From NCBI RefSeq assembly GCF_009914755.1, contig NC_060929.1: a DNA stretch of 64,000 nt; one strand, written 5' to 3'. The notes below the pieces were generated by a model. That model was not told the DNA's origin and searched no databases. It saw only the letters and a list, made by a program, of their open reading frames with translations. Origin of the DNA: the human T2T-CHM13v2.0 reference genome, Homo sapiens. This document shows positions 1-13,260 of the stretch, piece after piece. Numbering within the stretch: position 1 is the first letter of the stretch; each line of letters starts with the position of its first letter. Position numbers and translations under genes: made by a program.

Positions 1-335
1 TGCATATGTCTTTTTGGTAGAAGGATTTTTTCCTTTTGGACATATACCCAGTAATGGGAATGGTAAGTCTGATAGCAGTTTTGTTTTAAGCTCATTGAGA
101 AATCTCCAAACTGCTTTCCACAGTGGCTGAACTAATTTACATTCCCACCATCAGCGCATATATTCCCTTTTCTCCATAGCTTTACCAGCATCTGTTATTT
201 TTTGATTTTTTAAAAATAATAGCCATTCTTACTGGTGTGAGATTGTATCTCACTGTGGTTTTGATTTGCATTTCTCTGTTGATTAGTGATGTGGAGCCTT
301 TTTTCGTATGTTGGCTGCTTGTATGTCTTCTTTTT
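1..335 (-). mobile_element. Older LINE-1 fragment (L1PA15/16 to L1PB age), ORF2 3' region, runs off window start
   Basis: Antisense L1 ORF2-end motifs: gagaaatctccaaactgctttccacagtggctgaactaatttacattcccacca and gtggttttgatttgcatttctctg. Stops at gtatgtcttctttt. Confidence 0.8.
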
Positions 336-1422
336 TTAAAAAAAAATTATTATTATTATACTTTAAGTTTTAGGGTACATGTGCACAATGTGCAGGTTAG
401 TTACATATGTATACATGTGCCATGTTGGTGTGCTGCACCCATTAACTCGTCATTTAGCATTAGGTATATCTCCCAATGCTATCCCTCCCCCTTCCCCCTA
501 CCCCACAACAGTCCCCAGAGTATGATGTTCCCCTTCCTGTGTCCACGTGTTCTCATTGTTCAATTCCCACCTATGAGTGAGAATATGCGGTGTTTGGTTT
601 TTTGTTCTTGCAATAGTTTACTGAGAATGATGATTTCCAATTTTATCCATGTCCCTACAAAGGACATGAACTCATCATTTTTTATAGCTGCATAGTATTC
701 CATGGTGTATATGTGCCACATTTTCTTAATCCAGTCTGTCATTGTTGGACATTTGGGTTGGTTCCAAGTGTTTGCTATTGTCAATAGTGCCACAATAAAC
801 ATACGTGTGCATGTGTCTTTATAACAGCATGATTTCTAGTCCTTTGGGTATATACCCAGTAATGGGATGGCTGGGTCAAATGGTATTTCTAGTTCTAGAT
901 CCCTGAGGAATCGCCACACTGACTTCCACAATGGTTGAACTCGTTTACAGTCCCACCAACAGTGTAAAAGTGTTCCTATTTCTCCACATCCTCTCCAGCA
1001 CCTGTTGTTTCCTGACTTTTTAATGATCGCCATTCTAACTGGTATGAGATGGTATCTCATTGTGGTTTTGATTTGCATTTCTCTGATAGCCAGTGATGGT
1101 GAGCATTTTTTCATGTGTTTTTTGGCTGCATAAATGTCTTCTTTTGAGAAGTGTCTGTTCATGTCCTTCGCCCACTTTTTGATGGGGTTGTTTGTTTTTT
1201 TCTTGTAAATTTGTTTGAGGTCAGTGTAGATTCTGGATATTAGCCCTTTGTCAGATGAGTAGGTTGCGAAAATTTTCTCCCATTTTGTAGGTTGCCCGTT
1301 CACTCTGATGGTAGTTTCTTTTGCTGTGCAGAAGCTCTTTAGTTTAATTAGATCCCGTTTGTCAATTTTGGCTTCTGTTGCCATTGCTTTTGGTGTTTTA
1401 GACATGAAGTCCTTGCCCATGC
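336..1422 (-). mobile_element. Young 5'-truncated LINE-1 (L1PA2/PA3-like): 3' UTR plus ORF2 C-terminus
   Basis: L1PA 3' end (tattatactttaagttttagggtacatgtgcac). ORFs 836..1420 and 560..802 are in one frame and give the ORF2p C-terminus ([14 protein letters not shown]...HRIFSLIGGN), broken by a TAG at 836-838. Confidence 0.95.
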
Positions 1423-1999
1423 ATAGGCTTTTGTTTTTTAAATGCGTATGTTAAATTGCAAGATTGATAAGCCTCATTATAAAAAGGTCAAAATATATTA
1501 CATTTTATGTTGTAAAATATGAGATTTTTCTCTATGCCCCACCTCTAATAATACTTCTTTCTCTTCGGGTCAGTAGAGTTCACAATGTAGAGTGCATTTT
1601 GGCGCACTCAGCTAGACACAGCATGAGCACACACAGGCACACAGTGATACTTGCATAATATGCTCAGACATGTTTTTTAAAACATAGAGATAAGTTTCTC
1701 TCTACATACATGCACACACACAAATAAGTATTTCTGTGCTACAATTTTTTTCACTTAATAACGTACAAAATTTCAAATAAGCTACACCCAGGTAAACTTA
1801 GTTGGATTAATTAACTCCCAATTAATACTGGTCAGTTTCAGCAACAGAAAGCTTCTAAATTCTAAGCACAGGGTTCTTTTGGAGAATGTGCATATCTTTG
1901 AAGTGCAAAAGTAAGAGAGACACAGAAAATCTAATGCTGTACTGGAAGGTCCTAAACAGTGTGTAGGTTAAGAAAAATATATTACAAGGATCCTGATTG

Positions 2000-2800
2000 T
2001 AAAATAAGAATTAAAATAATCTATTCATAGGTGATATGATCATCTATGTAGAACATTCTATGAAATTTGTAAACATGCTACTAGAACTAAACAGTGAGTT
2101 TAGCAAGATCATAGAATACAAGATTGACATATAAAAAACTATATAATAGCAACAAATAATCAGAAATTGAAAATTAAAATACCATTTATAATAGCACAAA
2201 TAATATTATATACATAGTGGCACATCTAACAAAAGATGTGTCAGACCTGTATACTGAAAACTAGAAAACACTACCTACAGAAATAAATATAATGCAAATA
2301 AATTGTTAGCTATATCCTGGTCCTGGATCAAAAAACTCAATACTGTTAAGATATCAGTTCTCCCCAAAATAATCTATAAATTCAACACAATTCCTATCAA
2401 AATTCTCAATTTTTTAGTAGGAATTGATGAACTGATCCTAAAATTTGTATGACAATGAATAAATACTATTGGAAAAGAGGAGCAAATTTGGAAGGCTTTT
2501 ATACTATCTAATTTTAAGATTTTTAAAAAATCTATGGTAATCAGCAGTATAATATTGAAAGACTAATCAAGGTACAAGAATGGAGGATCCAGAAGTAGAT
2601 TTATACACAATATGGTCAATGAATTTTTGACAGAGACAGAAGCAATTCAGTGGAGAAAGAATGGTCTTGTCAACAAATGGTGCTGGATCATACCCACACC
2701 TTGTCTCTTATGCCAAAATTTAACTCAAAATGGATCAAAGACTTGAATGTAAATCTTAACACTACAGAAGTTACAGAAGAAAACATGGGAGTGTATCCTA
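2000..2800 (+). mobile_element. Ancient L1M ORF2 fragment
   Basis: Decayed L1 ORF2 motifs: gatatgatcatctatgtagaa (DDMI.Y.E region), ctagaactaaacagtgagtttagcaag, tcaacaaatggtgctgg, aaatggatcaaagacttgaatgtaaa. Confidence 0.75.
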
Positions 2801-2804
2801 ACTG

Positions 2805-2966
2805 CCTAGTTTTGTGAATAAAGATGTACTGGAACACAGTTGTGACTCTTTGTTTACGTATTGCCTTTTGCAATGAAATGGCAGAGCTGAAAAACAGAGA
2901 CTGTGTGATCCACAGAGCCTAAAATATTTACTCACAGGAACTTTTCTGAAGTTTGCTGACCCCTGC
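2805..2966 (-). mobile_element. MER58A-like hAT-Charlie DNA transposon relic
   Basis: aataaagatgtactggaacacag ... gcctaaaatatttact ... gtttgctgacccctg resembles the reverse complement of MER58A, including its terminal repeat. Confidence 0.75.
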
Positions 2967-2989
2967 TTAGATTATAAGGAATAGAAAAC

Positions 2990-3400
2990 CCAGTGAAAGC
3001 TGGCTTCTTCTCTCGTATAAACAGACATCCAAGAGGAAGATGGCTTTGGGGTTGTCTTAATGCTTCAGTGCTGAATTCTATGGGCCAACTTTATCTTCAG
3101 TCAAATAAGATGGCTGCAAGATTTCAAGGCTTCACAGCACAGACGGTAATATCCAGAGGGAGGATAAAGAAGTTGTTCCTTCCTGTGGTTTTGTCTTTAG
3201 TTTATGAAACCCTTCCTCAGCTAACCTCCTGCTCCCTGATCCAGTGACAGTCTTCTTCTTGAATTACTCTCCTTTTCATGAACTCTTTGCCATAAGGCTT
3301 AGACCTGTGTTCCTGAATCAACCACAAACAGGGAATGGAATTACCCTCTGATTACTCAGGGCCATCTTGTGGTTGGGGATTGTTAGGAAGCAAGGTGAAG
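2990..3400 (-). mobile_element. Old MaLR LTR fragment (MLT1K/L-like)
   Basis: aagatggctgca..., atccagagggagg..., gaaacccttcctcag, gggaatggaattacc resemble old MLT1 LTRs. Confidence 0.45.
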
Positions 3401-3599
3401 TGATTTAGTGATGCCCTATGTGTTTTCTCCTGTGACCCCAGAAAGCACTGTTTGTTTAGGATTTATATAATTAAATTTCTTGATCTCTTCCCTTCCCTTC
3501 TCTTTCCCCTCCCCTCCCCTCCTTCTTCATTTTTTTTCTTTTTTTTGAGATTCCATCGCTAAAAATCCTTGTAATGTTTCATCTTTGTAAATATTCTTA

Positions 3600-4200
3600 G
3601 CCATTGACTGGAGATAAACACCTTTATAATAAAAATAAAACATATTTCTACCTAGAGTATTAAAAAAATCTTTAATAGAAATGTATTTTCAAATTTCAAA
3701 TGCCTTTTATTATATATCTAAATATTATTTAAAAATTTTAAATCTAGAGGTGTAATGAGTTATATAGATAGATTTTCTAATATCACTTATTTTTTTCATT
3801 TCTGGAATATATCCTTTCTGATTATGGGCTATATCTTTCAACATATTCAGGTTATATTTTATCTAGAAGTTTTTCATCTCTATTTGTAAGGTTTAAATCT
3901 ATATTTGGGAGTTTCATTGGGTTTTGACCTTCATCAAATAAACTCTGATATCAAAGCTTCATAAAATGGTTTTGAAACATTTTTTTCTTTTTCTATATTG
4001 AAATGCTATCAACAGAAGTGGAATATTCTGTTCCAAAATGGTTTGATATGACTGATTCTTAAAACCATCACTCAGGAACATTTTTAAATTACCTCGATTT
4101 ATTGGCAAGATAGCATTTGTTTTTCTACTCAATCAACTTTTTATAATTTTTATATTATAATATTCTAAAATTCTTATTCTGTAGAGCTTGATTTTTCTCT
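3600..4200 (-). mobile_element. Very decayed L1M fragment
   Basis: gcttcataaaatggttttgaaacatttttttctttttctata and aaaaccatcactcagg resemble antisense old L1 ORF2. Confidence 0.4.
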
Positions 4201-5268
4201 TGTTAAGTATATGTTAGTATATGAACTCGATAACACATACATAAATTAATTATTGTATTAAAAATAACTGTAAAACAACATAAAATAGTTTTTTTTTCCT
4301 TTTAGAGACTAGACAAATTACATGTGTTTTATAAATACCCAACCAGAACTGTACACACACACACAATGAGCAAAATTAAAATTAGGTCTTAAAAGTTTCA
4401 TAGTCAACATGCGTCAGTTGTACAATAGAGAGACGAGCATGGAGATCAGATTTCATCTCAATATGCAGTTTTATAAATATCTGTTTTGGCTCATATGATA
4501 TTGTAGTCATATTAAGTTTCCTCCTCATTTTAGTGACCTTGATATAGAAATATATATACACATTTAAATATCAAATCACCTCTTAGGCATGCATGATCAC
4601 ATTCTAATGCTATAGATAAGACCCACTGGTCATTACTTTGCTTCCTAAAAATTTTTCTAGACTGGCAGTTAGCTGCCTAATAGATGATTCCAGGAAAGAA
4701 CAAAGCCAGTCTAATTATTCAAGAAGTTACTTTTGTACCAGAACTGTTGTAGGTGGACTGTAATTTTTTGTAGAAAGTTTAGGACTTAATTACCAGACAT
4801 TCCTACTCAAAGATATTTGAAATCAGTTTTTCCCTAAATATCTTTTGATTGCAAAGCTATTTACTATTTAGAATCCTGAAATGTTGATATTTATAATAAA
4901 AAGAAAATTTAAATATAGAAATACCTTCAAGAATAACATACGACCACATTGCTTTTTTCTTGCAGATGAGCAGTTGCATTTTGTTAGATCTTAAAATTAA
5001 GATTGCAGTGTTTTTTCCCTGGAAACCAATATATCTGCTGCAAATGTGTATTACAATATTACAGTCATAAAATATAATAATTAAAATTGTGAGGTTTTTC
5101 TGGAATGGTGGCTTTTCCTCTGGTTAGTATTACTTGAAATAGCATAATCCCCTTTTAAACTATTAAAGTTTAGTTTAAACTCATTTAGCTGAATGAGATA
5201 TTAGACTATTAAGTATCATTAAGAAAATAAATTAACACTATCCAGAGACAAGTGTTTATAGTTTCTGA

Positions 5269-5575
<307 letters not shown>

Positions 5576-6221
5576 AGTAATATATAACTTTTAACAAGAA
5601 TGAAAGAATTAATTTTCAAAGCACATTAAGACTTCCAAACTTACAGTGCCCATTTCAAAATTCAGTGTTATGGATAAGAACACTTGCTTTGTGGTTGCCC
5701 AGGCAGTTCAGAGTCTCAACTTCCTATTTCTTTAATGCCTGAAGTTCCTTCATACTTATCGTATAATTGCTTATATTTATTTAACTATTTATTTTCTTAG
5801 TTAATTATTTTTTCCTGTCTTGGAGAAAACTTGGGAGTGGCATATTGTGTTCATTTATGATTGCTCTCAAGTATGTGGCTTCAAAAATCTCCGTACTCCT
5901 TTCAAAAAAGAGATGTATTTCACAGAATTCCTGGGAGTCTTCTCATATCAAAATCAATGGTCAGATTTCCCTTCAATATTTCAGCTAAATTGTGTGCAGG
6001 TACTAGTTCATTTAATTGGCTTCAAATGAAGTAATTATTGTATCTCATTATGGCCAATTACTCTTGTCCTTGGAGAGGTTTTAAAGGGGTCACAATTGAA
6101 GCAGACTCCAAGGTGCAGGTAAAGTCCTTCTTGCCTAGCCATAGCATACATATATCAAAAAGTAGTGGCTCTAGATATACTTGGGCATATCACACACAGG
6201 AGCACACACACAAATACTTTC

Positions 6222-6234
6222 TTTTTTTATTTTT

Positions 6235-6265
<31 letters not shown>

Positions 6266-6551
6266 TTTATTTTGAGACGGAGTCTCGCTCTGTCACCCAG
6301 GCTGGACTGCAGTGGCGCGATCTCTGCTCACTGTAAGCTCCGCCTCCTGGGTTCACGTCATTCTCCTGCAGCCTCCCGAGTAGCTGGGACTACAGGTGCC
6401 CGTCACCGCACCCAGCTAATTTTTTGTATTTTTAGTAGAGACGGGGTTTCACCGTGTTAGCCAAGATGGTCTCGATCTCCTGACCTCATGATCCGCCTGC
6501 CTCGGCCTCCCAAAGTGCTGGGATTACAGTTGTGAGCCACCGCGCCCGGCC
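6222..6551 (-). mobile_element. AluY, full length, (TTTA)n tail
   Basis: AluY diagnostics (aagctccgcc, gggactacagg, caccgtgttagcc). Flanking direct repeat acaaatactttc at 6210-6221 and 6566-6577. Confidence 0.95.
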
Positions 6552-6776
6552 TTATTTTTATTTTTACAAATACTTTCACTACCTAAATCTCCTGTGGTGC
6601 TACCTGAACACTGTTCAGTGTACCTTTATATAAGCAATCATTGACTAGTAAAGTGTGATACTTTGGTTTTTAAACACGTACCTTATCCTGTAATGTCTGC
6701 CTCATTTCTTATATTATGGCAATAAAGTCACAACTGGCAAGGAAATGAAATAATTTCTGATTTAGACAATTATACA

Positions 6777-7205
6777 CAGTTGACCTTTGAACAACGTGAG
6801 GGTTAGGGTTGCCAACTCCCTGCACAGTTGAAAATTTATAACTTTTGACTCCTCAAAAACTTAACTACTAATAGCCTATTGTTGACTGCAAGCCTTATTG
6901 GTAACATCAATAGTTGATTAACACATATTTCATATGTTATTATATACTATATTCATATAATAAGCTAGAGAAAAGAAACTGCGATTAAGAAAATCATAAG
7001 GAAAAGAAAGTATATTTACTACTTATTAAGTGGAGGTGGATCATCATAAAGGTCTTCATCCTGGTTGTCTTCACACTGAGTAGGCTGAGGAGGAGGAGGG
7101 AGAGGATGTGTTGGTTTTACTGTCTCAGTAGTGACAGAGGTGGAAGAAAATCTGCATATAAGTGGAACCGTGCAGTTCAAACCCATGTTGTTCAGTAGTC
7201 AACAG
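6777..7205 (-). mobile_element. Tigger2a (TcMar-Tigger non-autonomous DNA transposon)
   Basis: TIRs cagttgacctttgaacaac and gttgttcagtagtcaacag(ta). Internal gtggatcatcataaaggtcttcatcc...gagtaggctgaggaggagg. Length about 430 bp. Confidence 0.9.
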
Positions 7206-7214
7206 TATATGTTC

Positions 7215-7395
7215 TTCATATACCGTTGTGCAGGTTGTTCACTGCATAAGTGCACTGGGGCAGGGTGGCAAGTGGGAGCTCAGATTAATCCTGGACTCTG
7301 CTCTTCAAGCCATTTGACCTTATTAAAGCTGTGTCCTCCACAGGCAGGGCCACTTTTTTTGTAATTGCCCAGAGGTACAACTGGTTTACTGTAGC
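7215..7395 (+). mobile_element. MER91-like hAT-Tip100 relic
   Basis: gttgtgcaggttgttcactgcataag ... agtgggagct ... ttttttgtaattg. Similar to the copy at 31330-31833. Confidence 0.55.
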
Positions 7396-7720
7396 AGCTG
7401 GGTTTGTGAAATTCACATAGTCACAGAAAAATGTGATACTAAAATGTCCTGAGGCTATATCACTACCATATATTAAAAATATGCTGAGATTTACCCCTGA
7501 GGAACAACCTTAAATTGATTCAATCACTCACATATTACTGTTTTTCATCTACACGCGTTTTAAAATTTTAAGTAAAATATTTCATCTCTGTGCTTTAAGC
7601 TCCATTGCTTAGTTTGATTCTCATAAAAATGTCATAAGTATAAATATTAATAACTAGCGGTAAATCAAATAAATGAAACTGATGAACAGTGTGAAATACC
7701 CATAAGCCACTCATAAGAAA

Positions 7721-7802
7721 TTATTAGTTTGTAACATGAAACTGCCATCTTTGTGGTTCATAATAGTCAAATATTATTGATTTCTTACGGTTCAATCTAA
7801 CA
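7721..7802. mobile_element. MADE2 mariner-derived MITE (decayed palindrome)
   Basis: tattagtttgtaacatgaaactgcc ... gatttcttacggttcaatctaa, about 80 bp imperfect palindrome. Confidence 0.6.
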
Positions 7803-8799
7803 AATACTTTGCTAATGAAGCTCTTCCCTCAAAACAGTTCCCTGATCTGGCATCCCATCCTATATCTTGTGCCCGGTATTCAATTAAATGCGTAGTTCTA
7901 AACACACTTACTTTAAGGATCCCTTATCGGTTGGTATGTTACTTTGTTTTTCATTTATTACTGCATTTATTTTTTCCCTTATTCAATAGTTATTTGTTGA
8001 ATACCTACTCCTTAGCAGTCAAACACATACAAGTGGTTTATATGTTCATTGTTCTTAAGAAATGTTGGGGTTTCTTTTCACAGAATGTCATTGTTGGCTT
8101 TAAAACTTCTGTTCTAGTCTATGGAATTTTGAATGTAGGGGCTTGGTCCATGTGTGGAAAATACTTAGTTTAGAATATTAAAGTGAAGAGCTGTAAGAAA
8201 GAGGAGGTGTCTTAGGGCTGATATAACAAAGTACCCTAGACGGAGTGGCTTTAATAACACATCAGAATCAAGTGGGGAGGTTTAAAATTATATCTTCAAA
8301 GATCTGACTTTTCTGGCTTTAGGCTCTAGCACTGGTATTTTTTATAACGCTTCCAGGATGTGCTAGTGTACAATGCAGGTTTACACAAGCTTCTTTGGAG
8401 CAAAACCAACACAGGCTGGAGGTCACCAGCTTTCACTCAGTAAAGACAGGGTAAATATTGAGGTCAGCTAGGAGTGCTTCCTTTTAACAGATGAAAATGG
8501 TTGATGAGACTCTGTTGTTGAAACAGTGGTAAAGGTTATTGTGCTGTGATTGGAACAAGGTTATTATGAAGAAAAGCTGAGAAAGGTCCAAATATAAGAG
8601 AAGGCATATAGCAAAAGGTAAAATTAAATAAATTTAAACAATTATGGATATGCATCCATAGTGGGATAAAAAGGAATCTGACTATCACTTATTTTTAATT
8701 TGAAAGTTTATAAGTAAAGTTTCAAGAATAGTTATGTTTTTATGGAGCAAGTGATTTAATTATTATTTTAGTGATTTAATACTTAGCCTGTTATCAGGA

Positions 8800-8905
8800 A
8801 TTGTTCTTGCAATTGCATTTGCTAGTTCTGGGCATGTTGGTAGGTCATTCACCTCTTTGGATCTCATCTTCTTAATCTGTAATATGGGAGAACACTACTT
8901 GAGGT
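8800..8905 (+). mobile_element. MIR fragment
   Basis: ggtcattcacctctttggatctcatcttcttaatctgtaatatggg resembles the MIR core. Confidence 0.55.
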
Positions 8906-9228
8906 GTTTCTATCACAATAAAGAAACACTCTCCTTAAACAAAAAGACTTGTGCAAAAGAGAAGTAGATACTTGTTGACAATGCTAACTTTTTTTTTTTT
9001 TTTTTGCAAGTGGGTGCATAGAGAATGCTAGTGTTTTCTAAAAGTCCTGAGATTTTTGAGATGCATATGGCATCCTATATTCCTGTTCTATTAATAGATG
9101 TGCCGTCTTAGTGATTATTTGACCTAATCATATTTGTAACTTTTAAAATATTTCCCTTTCCCCTTCTAGTTTTGAAAATGGGCTCAAAATCTATTTAAAT
9201 TCATTAGTTATGAAAAAGAGAGCTCTTT

Positions 9229-9747
<519 letters not shown>

Positions 9748-9769
9748 TAGAGAGACTTCTTGTTATTAT

Positions 9770-9895
9770 GATGAAAGAATTTATTAGGAGTCAAAAGATT
9801 TAGGTTGGTGTCTGAATTTTGCTGGGTTCGTGCAGGAGGACCGTGGTCAAATCATCAGCTTCTCTGATGCTTATTTCTTAAATTTTCAAAGCAAT
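9770..9895 (+). mobile_element. MIR fragment
   Basis: ggagtcaaaagatttaggtt ... ggtcaaatcatcagcttctctgatgcttatttctt. Confidence 0.45.
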
Positions 9896-11212
9896 GTGGC
9901 TGCATTAAGCAAAAGAACACACCTCTTTAATTTCTGTGATTCTATGGTATATTGGTTTACAGTTTTATTTGTATAATATACCCACGAATGTTATACATTT
10001 CTTCTGTGCAAAAACACTGAATCTAATCATTGAATATGCACTTGTTTTCAATATATATCACAATATATGGTCATTTTCAATATGTCACACATGTTATGAT
10101 TTATATTCAGAAAACTATATTAGATCTTATCATTTCTCAAATTGTATGATATAATTGACCAAATGATAATATTTTTCATATTTGAAGCACACTGATATAA
10201 AATCAATATTCTGTTCTGAGATGTTTGCAATTCTCATAAAATTTTACTTTTCTATATTTAAATAGTGAAGAATAAAATTTCAACGAATAAGTGTTTATCT
10301 TAATGTAATGAAATGCTGACTAAGCACAATAAAATGTTATTTAATATCATAATATTTTGATATATATTGAAAAAGAATGTACATTTTGATTGCCAATCAA
10401 GTTTTAAAAGTTGTCTTTTATTAGAGACATCTTTTCTTTTATTTGAGATGCGTTTTTCACTTTAACTGATTTTAACATATTGTTTCCAAACAGTCTTTTA
10501 GGACATACCTCTGATAGATAATTAAGACATAATTTTTGCTTCTAAGAAGTTAAGAAATCAGAGGGTAAAGGCTTCAACCCAGATAATTATGTTACAAAGC
10601 CAAATTTGATGCATCCTTTAAGGACAGTGCAAAAAATAAAGAAAAAAAAAGAAAAAGTGTACTGGTTTCTAGAGGAGTTATCTATCCTTTCCACATTTCA
10701 TCAGGATTCGATAAAGACACTTGTTTGCTGGCACATTTAAACCTCAAGATGATGGAAGGCTAACGAGAGTGATGTAAATAAACCTTTTTGGGGCACGTGG
10801 CCTTATTCTCCCCCTTTGTCTCTTGGGTTTTTTATATTTGAGCCTGATGTTTTGTCCTGTTGAAGTGAAAAACGAAAACAGGCTCAGCCTAGAGCAGAAG
10901 GCCCAATAGGCTGCTAAGTTTGCATTGGTTCTAAGTCAGGCTCTCTTTTTCCAATAGAGAGGGTCATGGTGGATACTTGGGTCCAGATTATTTCAACAGA
11001 AAAATGTATTAGTGCTTAGGCCAAAACACTGCTGGGACACAATTTTCTATGGGCCTTCCTGTTACTGCATGTCTCGATTACAGAGGCATGAGTGTCTTTG
11101 TTCCAGTATCTTCACAGATTCTCTTCAAAGATATTTGCATGAAGAACAGCCTGGGGAGATAGAGCTAGTGTCTCCCTCAGGAGCAATAAGCAGGTTTGTT
11201 TCCTGTCCAGTA

Positions 11213-11260
11213 ATACGTGTGTGTGTGCGTGCGTGCGTGTGTGTGCATGCACGCGCGTGT
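11213..11260. repeat. (GT)n/(GTGC)n alternating purine-pyrimidine tract, 48 bp
   Basis: atacgtgtgtgtgtgcgtgcgtgcgtgtgtgtgcatgcacgcgcgtgt, read directly. Confidence 0.9.
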
Positions 11261-11999
11261 CTTGGTTTTTCAAAATACCAGTTACTTTTGGAAGCTTATC
11301 TTTTGCCATGATTTAACAAAACAACCTTTACTGCCTTCCTCTCAGAGGTCAAACTCAACAAACATAATGTTTATCTTCTCTGTTTTCCCAGTAAGTGGTT
11401 CTTAACTGACGTTTTGGACAGTAAAAACTTGAAAAGAACGATGGAAACATGAACAGAAAGAGGACCATCAAACAATGAAATATGTGGATAGAAATAGATA
11501 GAATAGAAAATTAAAAAATACGGGACAATGTTGATACATCTGACAGAAAAAAAGGCAGCCACGGGCCAGAATATTCAGAGAAGGCTACCGTAGATGTAGG
11601 AGACGTTTTTGTTGGCAGAACCATAGAATGACTCCAGCATCAGAGTAAGAGAAATTGGGAGCAGATTTGGGATGTGGAAAGTAATCAGGATGCGTAATTA
11701 AATATTCTAGGGAACATGAGTGACAACTGGTCCCTTACCACCTCCCCCAGGTGCAGGGAGTGATTATCTACTGTAAGTGTTCATCTCTGCCATTATAGCC
11801 TGAGAACTTTTATAGAAATAAATTGAACCAACTTTCTAGAAGAACAGTGTCATTAATATTCTGGCTGACACTCATTGACTTGATACTTCTCGACAGCACA
11901 CTCTACTGGTTTGACCCTTGTGGCACCTCAACATAAATCCTGTCCTCAGCCACTCCTGTACACAAAGATCTAATTCCATTCTCTCTTTCAGAAGAGAAG

Positions 12000-13260
12000 C
12001 AGTGTAGGAAAACACACCAACACAATAGCAATATGAATCAGCCTAAATCTTCATTTGTATAAGTGAGAAATCAGCCAGGATAGCCAGAGTTTTGAGAAAG
12101 ACTAGAATTTTAGAAGTTTAGGCTCAAGATGAACATAGAAACAATATTATTCAAATAAAGTAGACATTCATAGAACCTAAAATTTATCTTCTCCTATTTA
12201 GTATACTACAAAGAACTCAGGATGACGAAGTAAAATTGTAGCTTTGAAAAAACACAAAGTGAGAGCAAGCTAGAGTTCTGATGTCAGAAATTTGTGCCAA
12301 GGTAAAAATAACCAAGACTGCCTGGAAGGAAGATTTAGAAATATTATTTCTTAGAATATTTACCAACAAGTCAAAGAGGGAAAATGTGAGACTAGAGTAT
12401 TAATATAGGTAATTTCAAATATTAAAAAATGTTAAGAATAAGGAAGGAGAATGTTTAAATGGAATAAAATTTGAGAGTTAAAATAAAACATGAGTTTTGA
12501 TATCGAAAGGGCACCAAAAACCATAGCAAAATGAAATAAAAATACTGCCACCTAGGCATTTCTTTGTAAAATATCAGAACGCAAAATTGTAAAATTTGAA
12601 AATGGTAAAACTTCACAGCACAAAAGAGGGTTCTATTAAGAAACAATCAAAAAAGATCATCTATGAAGGATCAAGAATCGGTTTTCTTCCACACTTGCTA
12701 TTACCAATGCTGGATACTAGAAAGTTCTAAGTTCTAGGGGTTGGGGGACGAATGTACACAGGTTTCTATTTCTCCAGCCAACCTTTTCGTTTAACAATGG
12801 GGTAAAATATTGTATTTCCAGAAATGCAAAATCTCTACAAGTACACATTTTACAAACTCAGGAAATAAAGGAAATAATCACAGCTATTAGCCAGGAACAA
12901 GGGACTACAAATTCTTGAAGGAGCAAAATGTGAAATCTAAGAAAAGATGAACTAAAGTAGGCAATGAAAACAAATGGCTAGGGTGACAGCTGTGCTGCAG
13001 TCCTAGAAAGCAATCTGTCCAAACTAGGGATAAAGTGTGAGAACTCTGTAAAAGAAGCCATTAGAAGTCAAGGGCAACAGTATCATTAGGAAACTGAAAG
13101 ATCTTAGGAATTTCATGATAAAGGCATATAGCCTATTTTTCAACATACTAATATAATCAATTATAAAATTTAGGAAAAAATGGTCAAAGTGGGGTGTGAT
13201 TTTAGCAATCAATGGAGTATAGCAACAGAATTTGACTTTTGCTTATGTGGATAAATGTTG
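12000..13260 (+). mobile_element. HAL1 / ancient L1 ORF1-like relic
   Basis: Decayed ORF1-like A-rich segments (gaaagggcacc, cacctaggcatttc, ggatcaagaatc) and the HAL1-type motif ggtgacagctgtgctgcagtcctagaaagcaatctgtcc. Confidence 0.6.

Noticed and set aside
237-1420. ORFs 237..695, 560..802 and 836..1420 as genes
   Set aside because: They are L1 ORF2 C-terminal fragments or antisense L1 3' UTR frames. The element is truncated and has a stop, so it is not a host gene or an active L1.
4945-5020. Splice acceptor (ttttttcttgcag/ATG) as a host exon
   Set aside because: The ATG frame closes quickly, I see no convincing donor, and there is no protein similarity. Short exons elsewhere cannot be excluded without transcript data.
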